From: Eledone cirrhosa
Taxonomy: Eukaryota
DNA: 64,000 nucleotides
Reading direction: 5' to 3'
Assembly (NCBI GenBank): GCA_964016885.1
Contig: OZ024743.1
Location: forward strand, 282,162,001-282,226,000
Shown here: one piece after another, positions 61,880 through 64,000 of the stretch
How positions within the stretch are numbered: the stretch's first letter is position 1
Layout of the letters: each line of letters starts with the position of its first letter
Made by a program: the position numbers and the translations under genes
The notes under the pieces: model-generated
What the model saw: only the letters and a program-made list of their open reading frames with translations
Databases searched by the model: none
Told to the model about the DNA's origin: nothing

Positions 61880-63385
61880 AATCATCATCATCGTTGTTTT
61901 TACATCGGCTTTTCTACGCTTGCACGGGTTGGGCAGGACATCTCTCCACATGTCCTGATCCTTTGTCATCACTTCTATGAGTTTCAGTGATTTCAGGTCA
62001 GATCTCACAACCTCTGTCCAGGTCTTTCTTGATCTACCTCTACTGCAACTTCCTTCCACTGGCATTTCCTGGCACTTCTTCACCTAACAATCATTGTCCA
62101 TGCGCACCACATGACCAAACCAACGTAGTCTTTTCTCCTGCACACCACCTTGGATTTCTCTTAAACCCAGCTTCTCCTTCAACTTGTCCAAGCTCTGCCT
62201 CTCTCTCACACTTACATTGCACATCAAATAGAGCATGGTTGCTTCACTTCTCTCCAGTCTACACATGTCCACTGCAGTCACAGCCCATGTTTCACTACCA
62301 TGCAATATCGCACTTTGCACACACGCATCATAGTTGTCTTTTTGTATGGAGAGAGAATCCTGTTGTTGACAATAGTGGGACTAGCTCTCTGAACTTCTTC
62401 CATCCTATCCTTATTCTAGCTATTATGCACTCAGAGCACCACCACCCCTCTTTTGCTAATTATGTTGCCTAGATAGCAGAAGCTATCAAGCACTTCTATG
62501 AGTCCTTCCTATGACTGGAATAGGCTTACATTACTGGTTATCTTCCCCTCAGTCACCCCTGTACATCCTCAACAAAGTCTTCCCTTCCTGTGAGCTTACT
62601 CTTTATCTCACTACATCTCTTGTGTACCCAAGATTTACATTGTGTACATCATATGGAGTTTATGCCTACTCCCTTTCTACATATTGAGCAGGGCCACTTC
62701 CCTGAAATAATCAGGGTCTTATCTTCTCTCCTACTCACTAGCACTTTAGTTTTGGCTAAGTTTACTCTTAGGCCTTTTAATTCTAAGTTTTATTTCCAGA
62801 GTCAGAACTTATTTTTTAGTTCTTTAATGGTTTCAGCTATAAGGACTAAGTCATCTGCATAGAGAAATTTGTATGGGCAGCCAGTCTTAAAATCCTCTGT
62901 TATAGCTTGGAGGACTATAATGAATAGTAGTAGGCTAAGAACCAAACCTTGATGAACTCCTACTTGTACCTTGAATTCCTCACTAAACTCATTTCCTACT
63001 CTCACTTTGCTAACAGCTTCTCTATACATGATGTGCACTTCTCTCCCCAACCATTCTTCTACACCTAATTTCCTTAGGGACCACCAGATAATAGATCAGG
63101 GTACTCTGTCAAACACTTTCTCTAGGTCAACGGAAGTTAGGTATAGTGGCTTATTTTTGGCTAAGAACTTCCTTTGTAGTTACCTCACTAAAAAGAGGGC
63201 ATCTGTTGTACTTTTCCCATGCATGAACCCAAACTGCATCTCATCTAATTTGACTCTTTCACTAATTAGTTGCACTATAACTCCTTCCATCACTTTCACA
63301 ACTTGGTCCATTAGTTTTATTCCTCTATAGTTGCTCCTCTCTAGGGCATCACCTTTGCCCTTGTAGCAATTTATAATTGTACTGG
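61880..63385 (-). mobile_element. old RTE LINE fragment
   Basis: NYRGIKLMDQV, GVHQG, YADD, RLRWFGH. Confidence 0.88.
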
Positions 63386-64000
63386 AAGCCAAAATCAGTT
63401 CCTGTATGAGCAAAGCATGGTCAGCCGACCAGACACTGCCCACAACAGGACAACCTGTCTAACCTATGCTTGCATGGAAGAATGGACGTAAAACGGTGAT
63501 GATGATGATGACTGGAAACAAACTCATACAACAGGATTTAAAACTTGATTGGCCAACATAGCTTACGTAAGACAATAGACATCCTGTTTGTAGCTATGAT
63601 ATAGTGTTTCTTGTTTTAATTATTGTTGGGAAGGGAACAAACATTTTGGGGTTTGACATTTGGGTAGGTCTCAAACAGTCTCAGTTTTCTTTTGCAGTGA
63701 TTGGAATAAATATATATATATATATATGGAGGCACATGGCTTAGTGGTTAGATCATTGGCCTTGCAATCGAAAGGTTGTGAGTTCAAAGTGGTCGTGGAG
63801 GTGCCACGGCAAAAAAGCACCTAGCCCACAATGTAAAGTGGTCGTGGAAGTGCCACGCCAAAAAAGCACCCAGCACTCACTGTAAATGAGGTTGGTGTTA
63901 GGAAGGGCATCCGGCTGTAGAAATCAAGCCAGAATCAGTTCCCGTCCCACCCTTGCAAGCAGGGAAAAGCAGACATAAAATGATGATAAAATGACAATAT

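Overview
This is eukaryotic, AT-rich, very repeat-dense animal DNA. The (AT)n/(CAT)n microsatellites, RTE LINEs and tRNA-derived SINEs suggest a coleoid cephalopod such as an octopus; that assignment is an inference. The only host gene I can support is NAA35/Mak10 (NatC auxiliary subunit) on the minus strand. Its last seven coding exons (61383 to 29732) splice by GT-AG rules into an uninterrupted 262-aa C-terminus plus stop; its 5' exons lie beyond the window. The rest is transposon-derived: many RTE LINEs (one near full-length, nested in another, with a PHD-like C4HC3 finger in the ORF), Tx1/L1 and CR1-like fragments, several Penelope-like elements (PLEs), mariner and DD37D maT transposons, Helitron-type non-autonomous elements, MITEs, SINEs and minisatellites. 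The main unannotated signal is about 15 type I hammerhead-ribozyme (HHR) motifs or relics from several unrelated sequence families, mostly between 5 and 22 kb, plus one in an NAA35 intron. They include canonical cores, compensatory U3-A8 cores and U4C cores. Most sit in short non-coding inserts inside (AT)n tracts that carry fold-back/inverted duplications at one end, which suggests a diverse PLE-mobilised, retrozyme-like system. All folding and alignments were done by eye and ribozyme activity is untested.
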